Shown one piece after another: positions 13,046 to 25,300 of a stretch of 64,000 bases of DNA. Below the pieces are notes generated by a model that was not told where the DNA came from, searched no databases, and saw only the letters and a list, made by a program, of their open reading frames with translations. Source of the stretch: Azolla caroliniana. Its lineage: Eukaryota > Plantae > Polypodiophyta. The first letter of the stretch is position 1; every line of letters starts with the position of its first letter. The position numbers were made by a program, and so were the translations under genes. The stretch covers positions 5,704,001 to 5,768,000 of the forward strand of contig JBHGNT010000010.1 in assembly GCA_043228905.1 (NCBI GenBank). Reading direction: 5' to 3'.

Positions 13046-14068
13046 CGTCGCGGTATTCCACGGGTACGTGTAGGATCTTAGGCAGGACCGCAGGGGTCTT
13101 GGACTAGGGAGATGGTTGGTGGAGTCCTTAAGCTTTGTACGCATCGGTTCAGAATCGGCTTCCGGCTCCAACGAATGTAGGGTTTCATAAAAGACGGTTC
13201 ACCACGAATATGGACCCAACTCAAATATGTTACAAGGGAGATAGATATACACTAACATGAATATATATTACAAGAGTCTTACAACAAGACGATTACATGC
13301 CCCGAATCCGGTGGCTATTACAAACAATCGGCTAATACATCAAGATAAGAATAGGGGACCCGTGAAGGCGAGTCAAGTGGGCCGCCGGGACCGCGACGTC
13401 CATTGTTGGTCACGCCCTGAAGACGATGGAGTGTTCCCGTGCCACTTTGCCCTTCCTTCTCGAACCGGCCGCCATGCAAAACGCTCTCCATCGAGGAGAG
13501 GAAACCGAACCTCCAAGTGCCGCCACCGGAATGCCGAAGAGCTGCTGTCGTAGAAACCCCAAACCAAAACACTAACTCGACCAAGAAGAAGGTAGACCCA
13601 AAACCGCAAGCTTATGAAACCTAGATCACATAAAGAAACCCGAAACCCTAAATCCCCTATAATCTCTCACAAGATGAAGAACGAGACGAAGTACTAACCC
13701 TCCACTCAAGAAGAAGGAATCAAACCCATAAGACAAGAAGAAGAAGACCCAAAATGAAACCCTAAACGAAATAGGGTGAAAAGACCAAAGTAGAAACCCT
13801 AAGGGAACAAGAATAAGATGAAGAGGAAGCACACTACCAAACCCTAGACCTAAGTGGTATACCCTCCTAACTCAAAATGGGCAACCCCTTTACAAGGGTT
13901 CCTCCCTTCCTTTTATAGCCCAAGGAGGAATCTAGACGTTACAATGTGGGGTCAATACTCCCCCTTATTCTATACACTGTTTTCCTACTTTACATGTGCA
14001 CATGTTGCACACCACCGACTTGCCCTTTCCACCCCGGTTTCATACCGTAGCCGGAAATCTTCACGACA
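13046..14068 (-). mobile_element. Solo LTR (~1023 bp) of the TGTCG..CGACA gypsy family
   Basis: Ends cgtcgcgg ... cttcacgaca and is flanked by CCGT on both sides (13042-13045, 14069-14072). The left end resembles that of the neighbouring LTR at 14073. There is a minus-strand TATA (CTATAAAAG) at ~13910-13918. Confidence 0.7.
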
Positions 14069-14072
14069 CCGT

Positions 14073-16250
14073 TGTCGCGTTATTACGCGTGTGCGTGTAG
14101 AACGAGGCGGGACCGCGGGGGTCTTTGTCCGAGGGACGAGAGAGGGAGGGGAGCAAGAAAGACAATGGCCATGCTGGCGATGGCCATGCTTCGCACACAC
14201 ACAAATACATTGAAACCGCAATTGATTGAAACAAGATGAATGTGTGTATGTGTATGTATATATATCAGATAAAAGGGGTTACAACCGGCGGGCTGGTGAG
14301 CGATGAGCTCTGACGCCTACATGTACACACGCACACATACGTGAGATGGAGACTCGGTCGGAAGCACTCGGGCGTTTCGTGGAGTAGAGTCAGCCTCCCG
14401 AAAACCTGCATAGAGCAAATACAGAGAAAGACAGAGAAGAAGAGCTCGGTCCCATCCCGACAACACTTCATCCTCAACAAAAGAGATCCCCTTTTCGATT
14501 CCTCTTCCTCTCTTTTATAGCCCAAGGAGGGAGGCCGTCATGACTCATTACATCATCTTTAGTCTCTGTCCTTTTGGACAGAGATATGCCTCGATTTTTT
14601 ACTTAACAAATGCGTGTTACCTAGGATATTCACATCTGCCGACTTGTACCTAAATATATATATTACAACAAAACTTGTGCCTACGTATAAGGGCCACTTT
14701 GCGCACATTTTTCTCTGATTCCGCCAAGGGACGGTTTTCTCCACGACATCCGCCCCCACCTAACCATGCATCCACCGGTATGCGCCAAAATAGACTATTG
14801 CCGGAGAAGACCGGCCCGCGCTTACCCTTCGTCCTCCGAATCGCCATTCCCTCAGAAACGGTCGTCCTCACTATCCAAGTCGCTCGGGTCCGGTTCATCC
14901 TTGTGCCGCTTTTTGAACACTTTGACCCTTTTTCCCCCCACCGGTACCGCCATCCTCGTCCCGTCAAGCTCCGCGAGATGGTAGGTCCCGTTGTCGTTGG
15001 CGCTTGTCACCATGTAAGGCCCGAACCACCTCCTTGTGAACTTTCGCATCGCCTTGTGCTGGTTGTCGAGGCTGCTGTCATAAACTAGAACCCAGTCGCC
15101 TTCCTCGATTTTCTTCGGCCTTAGTTGGTGAGTCCGGTCAAATCGTCCCTTGTTCTTTACCCTTGCGACCCGTAGCTTTTCCGCGGCTCACTCCACATCC
15201 TCTGGTCTTCGCTCGAGCTGCCGGGTCCGCGCCACTAATAGCTCCTCCCAGATCATCTCGTCTCTCCAGTCCACTGTGGCCCATGAGGAGATTGTTCGCT
15301 CCATTGGCATGACCGGCTTCTATCCGTACATCAGCTCCGCCGCATGAACCCGGTTACCGAATTGTGTGTAGTTCGGTCGGCCCACAACGCATAGGGTAAG
15401 AGCCACGGCCAGTTCCCGACTTGGCCTCCACATGCCCGCACTAACGCTTTGACGATTGGCCTGTGTCCGTGTTCCACCTTCCCATTCGCCTCCGGATTGT
15501 ATGTCGTGGTGAGCGAGAGTTTAACCCCTAGTCGGTCAAACAGGTCTTCAGCCTCTTGTCCATCCAGTTCTCCGCGGTCGGCTACGATCTTTCCTATGCA
15601 CCTATACCAGCATACCACTTCTTCGATCAGAAATCGGCACACGGTCGCGGTCGTTTTGTTCGGCAACGCTCGGACTTCCACCTGGTTTGTCAAGTCCTCT
15701 CGAGCCAGCACCAGATATCGCATCTGCCCTACCCCCATTGGCATCGTCACCAGATCCACCATCCACTTGAAGTGGACGGTCGGAGGGTAGGTCAGGTGAA
15801 GCTCGTCTCGATGTCGGACTATGGAGTGCATCTGACAGCTTTTGCAAGTCGTCACGAACCGATGCACGTCTCGGTATAGTCCTGGCCACCAGTACTTCTC
15901 CTTCATCTTCTCGAATGTGGCCCACATCCTGCGGTGTCCGGCCCAGGGACTCTCGTGGTACGTCGTCAACAGTTCCACCTGTTCCTCTTTCTTCGCCACA
16001 ACCCGAAGCGGGATGCCATTTTTTCGGGTGCTTCCATATGCACCAATCCCGTAGGAAGAATCGGTACGCTTTCTTCCGAACCCGGTTGGTCTCTTCCTTC
16101 ATCCACGCCACGTCCGGTGTCATTGTCTTCAGGAACCCGCCGATCCGGAGCCACTCCCCGTCATACTTGCTCTCGTTGAACTTGTTAAACGCTGGGGTGC
16201 TCCCCTTCCTTGTCGTTACGTATGCCGTCTCGAAGAAGTCCACGCCGACT
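14073..16250 (-). mobile_element. Truncated Ty3/gypsy element: integrase, PPT (14749-14760) and 3' LTR (14073-14748)
   Basis: Integrase HHCC (HESPWAGH..CKSC), DDE core (VDLVTM, VADRGE, NPEANGKVE) and GPY module (RWFGPY). The purine tract GGTGGGGGCGGA directly precedes TGTCGTGG on the minus strand. Confidence 0.85.
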
Positions 16251-18323
16251 TCTTCCTTCTACTATGGGAAGTCGAGGCACTTCGAGAAGAATTGTCGGCA
16301 TTTCCAGAAAGAGAAAGGAACTGACAGTGCTGATTCGAAGAAGGGTTTTTGGACCGGACTAGTTTGGACCAGAAAGGGCCGGATCGGAAGGGAACATCGG
16401 CAATCACGACAAGTGAAGAAGAACTTATGCTCATTACTGAAGAGAATGAGTTAAACCTTGTTAGTGATGAGACAACGTGGGTTGTCGATTCTGGAGCGTC
16501 GTTCCACCTGACACCGGACCGATGATGCTTCTCATCCTACACAACTAGAGATCACGGTTGTGTCCGGATGGGGAATGAAGGGACATACTGAATTATCGGC
16601 ATAGAAGATATGTGTTGTTGACAACATCAACCGGATGCAAGTTGTTGTTGAAGGATGTTCGACACATTCCGGAGGTTCGACTGAACCTGATATCAATTAG
16701 TTGGCTAGATGATGAAAGCTACACAGGTAGCATCCAGAACGGAGTCATGAAGTTTAGCAAAGCAAGCCTAATAGTGGCTCGAGCCTGGAAGGTCAACACA
16801 TTGTACTTGATGCATGATCGGATATGTTGGGAAGAAGTGAACATAACATCTGACACTGTCGGTGAGTTGTGCCACAAGAGGTTGTGTCACATGAGTGAGA
16901 AGGGGATGAAGAGGCTTGCCGAAGACAACCTCATTCCAGGGAAGGACATGCAACTTGAGAAGTGCACCGATTGCTTGGCCGTCAAGCAAAACCGAACCTC
17001 CTTCCGGTCAAGACCACCGATGAGACAGAATGCACCACTAGAGCTGGTGCATACTGATGTGTGTCAAGTGGACACGAAGTCACATGCCGGATTGCAGTAC
17101 TTTGTGACGTTCATAGATGACCACAACCGGGAGCTATGGGTCTCACCATTGAAGACGAAGGATCAAGTGTTATCCGTGTTCAAGGAGATCCACGTGAGAG
17201 TGGAAAGAGAAACCGGCCAAAAGTTGAAGGCAGTTCGAGCAGATAACGAAGGAGAATACCAAGGGCAGTTCGAGGAGTATTGCCGGTCGAAGGGAATCCG
17301 GCTCGAATTTACCATGCCGAAGACGCCGGAACTAAACGGGCTAGCCGAAAGGATGAACCGGACCATAATGGAGAGAGTCCAAAGCATGCTCCCACATGCC
17401 AAGTTCCCCAAGATGTTTGGGGCTGAGGCGCTGACGACGACCTATGTGATAAACAAATCACCCTCAGTACCCTTGGGAGGAGACTTACCTCAAAAAGTAT
17501 GGACCGGTAAAGATGTATCTTACCGGCATCTGAAGGTGTTCGGGTGTTTCGCATACGTGCATGTGGCGAAGGACAAGAGAGTAAAGTTGGATCCGAAGTC
17601 CCGACCATGAATATTCCTTGGATACAATGATTATGAGTTCGGTTACCGGGTGTGGGATCTAGTCGACAAGAAGGTGTTCCGGAGTCGGAGAAGAAGATGA
17701 TCAACTCTGGATCATCCAATGAAAACCAGTTTGAGGACATAAGGACCTACCCGGTTGAAAATCGGATGTTGGCCGGCAACTGGAGGACATTCGACGAACC
17801 TACCAGATACGGACAAGAAACCGAACCGACCGAAAAGAAGAAGAAGAAGAAGAAGAAGACACCAGAACTGGACAAGATCCCGAATCGGATTCGGATTCGG
17901 ACCAGACGGAGGAACTGGTAGTCAAAAACCAAGGACGGAGATATCCTCTCCGAGAGAGAAGAGCCCCCCGGAGATTCCCGGATGCAGAGCATGTGTTGCT
18001 AACCGATGAGGGGGAGCCGAAAAGCTTCGAAGAAGCAAAGAGAGACACCCACAGTGACAGGAATACACGCTCCCGATGAACAGCGCTCGGCCACAACCGA
18101 GCCTAGAATCAAACACAGTAAACGGGTAATGAACGCACGACACCGTGAAGAGAAGAGTACACAGGATGTTAACGTGGAAAACCCAAACTAGGGAAAAACC
18201 ACGGCAGCCCACAGACTGCAAACTATCACTATATCATAATGTACAATAGAGAAGCAACAAGGCAACGACCTCGAGCTTGCTATCTTCGCCACAGGCGGCG
18301 GTTACAACAGAGGCAATGACCTC

Positions 18324-18361
<38 letters not shown>

Positions 18362-20926
18362 CACAGTTACGCGCTCTAATCTTGCGCCAACAAGAATGAC
18401 AACAACATTATCATACTAAGTTTTCCCTAAGTCATATTTATACTAATATGACTTTTCAGCTATTTACAAATATAGCCCCGATGGACTCTCAGAAAACATA
18501 TTTACAACTATGTCCCTTCATCCGGTGAGCAGTCCTCACCAGGCCTGCATCATCCGGTGCTTGTCGGGCACTCATCATCCAGTTCTCACCGGGTCTTCCA
18601 TTTCCGGGTACTCCTCATTCGGTTCTCACCGGGTCTTCCGTTGTCGTGTACTCCTCATCCGGTTCTCACCGGGTCTTCCGTTGCCGAGTACTCCTCATCC
18701 AGTTCTCACCGGGTCTTCCGTTGCCGGGTACTCCACATCCGGTTTTGGCCTCGGCCGAGTTTGCTCATCAACATTGTTCTTCTCACTTCCCATCCGGAGG
18801 GACCTGTTTCCTAACACACAACCACAAGTGGTTGAGTGCCATGCAGGATGAGATGGATTCCATGCATGAGAACCACACGTATGAACTGACGGAGTTGCCG
18901 AAAGGGAAGAGAGCACTCCGGAACAAGTGGGCGACAAGCTGAAACTGGGAGATGCCGGAAATCCACCAAGGTATAAGGCCTGAATCATGGTGAAGGGCTT
19001 CCAACAGAAGAAAGGAGTGGATTTCGAAGAGATCTTTGCCTCGGTAGTAAAGACGACATCCATCCGGACGGTATTGAGCATATCGGCAAGCATGGACCTC
19101 GAGGTAGAGCAACTAGACGCCAAGACAACATTCCTACATGGCGACCTCGAAGAAGAGTTCTACATGCTTCAACCGGAAGGATTTGAGAAGATAGGGAAGG
19201 AGCACCTGGTGTGCTGACTGAAGAAGAGCTTATACGGACTGAAGCAAGCTCCCCGACAATGGTACTGGAAGTTCGACTCCTTCATGACCGACCAAGGGTA
19301 CCACAGGATGCATGCCGATCACTACGTGTTTGTGAAGAAATTTGATGGAGGAGATTTCTTGATACTCCTCCAATATGTGGATGATATGCTTATTGTCGGA
19401 TGAGACCAAGGCAAGATTCGGATGCTGAAGAAGGCTCTGAGCCGGACCTTCTCAATGAAAGACTTGGGTCCGGCAAGACAGATATTGGGAATGCACATCA
19501 TCCGAAACCGGTCGAAGAAGCTGTTGTGGTTGTCACATGAGAAGTATGTGACAAAGGTGCTTCAACGGTTCAACATGTCGGAGGCAAAGCCGGTCGGATC
19601 GACACTTCCGACAAACTATAAGTTATCCAGAAAACAAAGTCTGAGGACAAAGGCGGAGAAGACGGATATGATGAAGATATCATATGCCTCAACCGTCGGA
19701 AGCTTGATGTATGCAATGGTATATACCCAACCGGATATCGGATATGAAGTCGGAGTGGTGAGCCGGTTCATGAGAAATCTCGGAAAAGAGCACTAGAACG
19801 CGGTCAAGTGGATACTCTGGTATCTGAAAGGCACCTCGAGTATGTGCCTCCGGTTTGGCTCCAATAATCCCCAACTTGAAGGATTCACGTATTCGGATAT
19901 GTCGGCAGATGCGGATACCAGCCAATCTACATCTGGATATGTCATGACTTATGCAGGGGGAGTTGTTTTGTGGCAGTCGAGGCTGCAGAAGATGGTTGCG
20001 TTGTCAACCACGGAGGTGGAGTACATGGTAGTTGTAGAAGCCGACAAGGAGATAATCTGGATGAAGGACTTCATTGGAGAGCTAGGAATCCAACAGGAGG
20101 AATACCGGCTCTACTGTGACAGTCAAAGTGCCATCCTCCTTGCAAAGAATGCGGCCTACCATTCCCGAAGGAAACATATCCAACGAAGGTACCATTGGAT
20201 CCGGGAGAGAGTAGAAGATCAAGAGTTCGTGCTAACGAAGATCCACACGGAGGAGAACGGGTCGGACATGTTGACCAAGGTGTTGACAACCGACAAGTTG
20301 GACGCGTGCTGAAAGCGGATTGAGCTGGCGAGACATCCCATGCTAGAGTGAAGGGGGAGATTGTTGGGAAATCGGTCCCTCCGGATGGGATCCGGTTATG
20401 AATGAAGAAGACCCGGTGAGGATTGGAAGAGATCCGGAAACCGGATCGGATGGACCCGGTGAGAACCAGAAGAGAAGACATATTTGTAAATATGTTTTGA
20501 GTAAGCCTATTGAGGCTATATTTGTAAATAGCCCTAAGTTGATATAAGTATAAATATGACTTAGGGCAATCACTTAGATATGTTGTTGTCATATTGTTGT
20601 ATGTGTATTATTGTTGTATAGAGAGTAACAGATAGAGTGAGAGAGGAGATACAGAGCGGAACTCTGTTGTAACCACCGCTTGGCGAAGAAACAGAGCTCG
20701 AGGTTGTTGCCTCCGAGTCTCTAATTGTACCTTTCTCTTATAGTGATAGTTTGGAGTTTGTGAGCTCCCGTGGTTTTTCCCTATTAGGGTTTTCCACGTA
20801 AACATCCTGTGTACTCTCTTTTGGTGTACAAGTATTCCTCTCTACTTCCCATTTCTGTGTTTCATTCTCATCAAAGTGATTCAAGGCTCGGTTGTGACCG
20901 AGCAATATCCCGCGGTATTCTTCACA
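16250..20926 (+). mobile_element. Decayed copia B, same family as the intact element at 31239; 5'-truncated, gag zinc knuckle through RNase H, PPT, 3' LTR 20362-~20926
   Basis: Colinear homology with ORFs 31918-36048 (e.g. ORFs 16612, 18987, 19422, 19842), with multiple stops. GAAGGGGGAGAT|TGTTGGGAAATCGGTCCCTCCGGATGGG marks the PPT/LTR boundary. Confidence 0.9.
18055..18816 (-). mobile_element. Solo LTR (762 bp) of the same copia family, inserted in reverse into copia B; four 40-bp tandem repeats at 18571-18730
   Basis: The minus strand begins TGTTAGGAAACAGGTCCCTCCGGATGGG, like the family LTR. TSD is CACAG/CACAA, and the host sequence (RDTHSHKWLSAMQ) rejoins across it. Confidence 0.85.
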
Positions 20927-21155
20927 GCTTCCACATTTCGATAAGTCGAACCTGACTCGGCTCCAGTTGTCTATAGTGACAGTCAGGGCGTTGTCGCTCT
21001 GTCAAAAAAATATGGTTCATCACAACACCTCAAAGCACATCGACATTCAATATCACTTTGTTCAGGACTATGTAATTTCAGGGAAAATCGGCCTCGAGAA
21101 GATATCTACATCTGATAATGTCGCAGATGGGATAACCAAGTGTCCTTCCGCAGAT
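20927..21155 (+). pseudogene. Copia RNase H C-terminal fragment, probably the continuation of copia A
   Basis: SDSQ...HHNTSKHIDIQYHFVQD..LEKISTSDNVADGITK. Confidence 0.7.
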
Positions 21156-21281
21156 GGGAGTAACGAAGAATCAGTCTGGTTAAGTCGGACACTTAGGATG
21201 TTTTCGAACTATTCACTTCGACAGTTCTGTTACCAGTTACGAACACAGTCCACCCTCAGTCCTTCGGGGTAGCTTACAAGG

Positions 21282-22393
21282 TGATCGTGGTGCAAGGGAA
21301 TAGGGATGCGTAGTGCGTGATTTGTAAGGCGTACGAGGTTCACCAGATTGTGTTGTGACGTGGCTCACCTAGAAGCGTAGCGTTGCGCAGACAAAAGATA
21401 ACGTGAAAGTGAGGAAGGAATCGTTGGGATTATGGACGGAAGAGATGAAAGAGTAGAGATGGAGTGAATAGAGATCAATAAGATATGACAAGATAGGATT
21501 TTTAAGGAATATAAGATATGACAAGATAAGATATAAAATAATATTTGAGAAAATATATGAAATTTATAATCATTTTCATGAAAGAGTTACAAAATGGTTG
21601 CAAGTGTCGTTGAACCTTCAATTCTTGTCTTGCAAGGTAACCACCTTCCTCTTTCTTAATAGTAGACCATAGTCTTCCCTTCAATCTCTCGACAAGTATA
21701 AGACTCGAACCACCGCCCTTCCGTTGCGAGTTGAGGACCACAACCACCAAGCTAGTTCTTCTCTCTAGATCAAATATAATATATCATTATCTAGATCCAA
21801 TATAATCCTCTCAATCTTATTTCTTAGGTTCTTTTGTCTATACTTCCTTCTCCTTTTATAGGGAAGAGATGGTTCTACATGTGGGGCATGTGGCGCACAT
21901 GCAGAGAGGCTCTTGCATGTGTGCTATATGGTGCACATGTACCACGTTTGATGGTTTAAACCATATAATACTACTTCAAATAAAAACAAGACACATGTTT
22001 ATATACATTATAAGTATAGGCTAAATGGTAAGGTTTGAACGCCATAAGGTTGAGGTTGTTGGTTCAAGTTCTCTTGTGCCCATGTAATTTGCTATATGGT
22101 GTGCATGTATTATATTACATGGTTTAGACTATAAAATACTACTTCAAATCATATATTATTTTGTAAATTATCAGTATAGGCTAAATGGTAACCTTTGAGT
22201 GTCATAAGGTAGGGTTTATTAGTTCAAGTCCTCTCTTGTCCATGTAATATAATAGATGTATATATTTTTGTCTCTACATATAATGTATAACATTATCATA
22301 GTATGTTATTAACATTATAAAGGTTTATTTTATTTTCATTACGTATTTATCTTATTGTAGACTTTTAATGTGAAGCTTTCATACTTCACGACA
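21282..22393 (-). mobile_element. Probable solo LTR of the ..CTTCACGACA family, containing two tRNA-like A/B-box repeats
   Basis: The right end cttcacgaca is identical to the ends at 14068 and 43574. There is a minus-strand TATA at ~21853-21861 and a candidate 4-bp TSD AAGG/ACGG. The left boundary is uncertain. Confidence 0.5.
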
Positions 22394-25300
22394 ACGGGCA
22401 GAGCTGAAAGACATGCAGCTTGAGAAGTGCACCAACTACTTGGCTTGCAAGCAAAACCAAACCTCGTTTTGGTCGAGACCACCAATGAGACGGAATGCAC
22501 CACTAGAACTTGTGCATACCGATGTATGCCAAGTGGATACGAAGTCACATGCCGGATCGTAGTACTTCGTGTCGTTCATAAACGACCACAACATGAAGTT
22601 GTGAGTCTCGCCACTGAAGATGAAGGACCAGGTATTATCCGTCGTCAAGGATTTCCATGCGAGGGTGGAAGGGAAACCGGTCGGAAGCTGAAGGTGGTTC
22701 AAGCGGACAACGGAGGTAAATAACGAGGGCAATTTGAGGAGTATTGTCGGTCGAGGGGAATCCACCTCGAATTCACCGTGCCAAAGACACCGGATCTAAA
22801 TGGATTGGCCGAACGGATGAACCGGACTGTGATAGAGAGAATCTAGAGCATTTTGGCACATGCTAAGTTGTCCAATACATTTTGGGCTGAGGCGTTGATG
22901 ACGGTGACGTATGTGATTAACAGATCACCCTAAACACCCTTGGACGGAGACACACCACAAAGAGTATGGATTGGTAAAGACATGTCTTACCGGGATTTGA
23001 AGGTGTTTGGTTGTCTCACCTACATGCATGTTGCAAAGGACAAGAGAGCAATGTTGGATCCAAAGTCCCGGCCATGCATATTTCTTGGATACGACGATGA
23101 TGAGTTCAGCTACCAGGTATGGGACTTGGTTGACAATAAGGTCTTCTGGAGTCGAGGCATAGTCTTCATGGAAGACAAGAACATTGTCGATTGGGAGTCA
23201 GAGAAGAAGATAATGGACTCCGGGTTGACGAACAAAGATCGATTAGAAGATTCAAGGACCCATCCGGTCGGAAGTCGGATGACACTCGAAGGACTGGCCG
23301 GATTCGGACAAGAAACCGAATCGACCGAAGAAGAAGACGAATTAGACACCGGAACCGGACAAGACCCTGAATCAGATTCGGATGAAGAACAAACGGAGGA
23401 ACCATGGCCGAAGGCCAAGGAAGAAGATATCCTCTCAAGGAGAGAAGAGCCCCCAGAGATTTCCGGATATAGAGCAGGTGTTGCTGACTTACGAGGGGGA
23501 GCCTGAATGCTTCGAAGAAGCAAAGAGAGACACCCATAGCCACAAGTGGTTAAGTGTCATGCAAGACGAGATGGATTCCCTGCATGAGAACCACACATAC
23601 GAATTGACGGAACTGCCGAAAGGGAAGAGAGCACTCCAAAACAAGTGGTTGTATAAGTTGAAACCAGGAGACGCCGAAAATCCACCTAGGTACAAAGCCT
23701 ATAGTGTGGTGAAGGGCTTCAAGCAAAAGAAAGGAGTGGATTTTGATGAGATCTTTGCTCCGGTAGTGAAGATGACATCCATCCGGACGGTGTTGAGCAT
23801 AACGGCAAGCATTGACCTCGAGGTAGAGCAACTAGAACTCAAGAAGGCGTTCCTACACGATGACCTCGAACAAGAGATCTACATGTCAAGAAAGGGAAGA
23901 AGCACCTGGTGTGCCGGTTGAAGAAGAGCTTATACGGACTGAAGCAAGCTCCCCGACAAGGGTACCGGAAGTTCAACTCCTTCTTGACTGACCAAGGATA
24001 CCACAAGATGTAGGCCGACCACTGCGTATTTGTGAAGAAGTTCGATAGAGGAGACTTCTTGATACTCTTGCTATATGTGGATGACATGTTGATCGTCGGA
24101 TCAAACTGAACCAAAATCGGGAATCTGAAGAAGGCCTTGAACCAGAATTTTCAATGAAAGATTTGGGTCTACCGAGACAGATATTGGGGATGCACATAGT
24201 CTGGGACCGGATGAAGAAGCTATTGTGGCTGTCACAGGAGAAGTATGTGACGAAGGTGCTCCAACGGTTCAGCATGACAGATGCGAAGCTGCTCGGGTCG
24301 ACACTTCCGACAAACAGCAAGTTGTCCGGGAAGCAAAGTCTGAAGACAAAGACAGAGAAGTGGGAGATGATGAAGGTATCATATGTCTCTGTTATTGGTT
24401 TTAGGGTCTATCCTATCTACCTAGATCTATCCTTATCTAATGCTTACTTTAGTACGTCTCTAATATTTGGTATCTGAGCCTTTGTACTAATGTTTCTTTT
24501 TTTCCCTATTTCTGGCAATCCAACCGTTCGCGAGTTCGGTCGTTCATTCTTTCTCTCCTTTCAAGGTCTCATCGTCATTGTCTCTGTTTCTTAGTCTCTA
24601 TCTCTTTGTCTCTATCGTCTATCGGCCACTCGTGACAGTTGGTTGTAGTTGTTCCTCTGTCCATCACTGACACTGTCCGGTACTTCGTTTCAGTGTCAGT
24701 TGTCCGGCCTTTCCTGCCGCATTTCAGCCACTTCAGCCACTTCAGCTACTATCCGGTCACTCTGGCCACTCTCGCCCACTGTCCGGCCACTTCTCTGGCT
24801 GCAATTCGGCCACTGCCACTATCAGGCTACTGTAAGGCCAATGCCACTTTCTTTGTCCATGGCATCTGGTTGTCACCACTCCGGTCGTCGCTCCTCTGTA
24901 TTTGTCCGGCCCTTCCGGCATCTCTGACGCCGGCCGTCATTCATGGTTGTTCTTAGCCGTTGTCCGGTTTCCGCTATTTTCTGTTGTCCGGTTGGCCACT
25001 GATCTGGCCGCTACCGCTCTGGTGTCGTCGTTGTTCGGCCATGTCTTTCCGTCCGACCGCTGCCCTGTTCTGGCCGCTTGTCCGACTGTTGTTTTCCTTT
25101 GTCCGGCTGCTCCGGCTATTTTTCAGCCACTATCCGGCAACTCCAACTGCTCCGACTGTTGTTCAGCTGCTCTTCAGCCATTGTCCGGCCATTCCGGCCG
25201 CTCTTCAGCTGTTATCTGGCCATTCCGACCGCTCTCCGGCCACTCCAACCTTTGTTCGGCTATTCCGACCGGTTCGGTTGCTTTTCGGCCGCTGTCGGTA

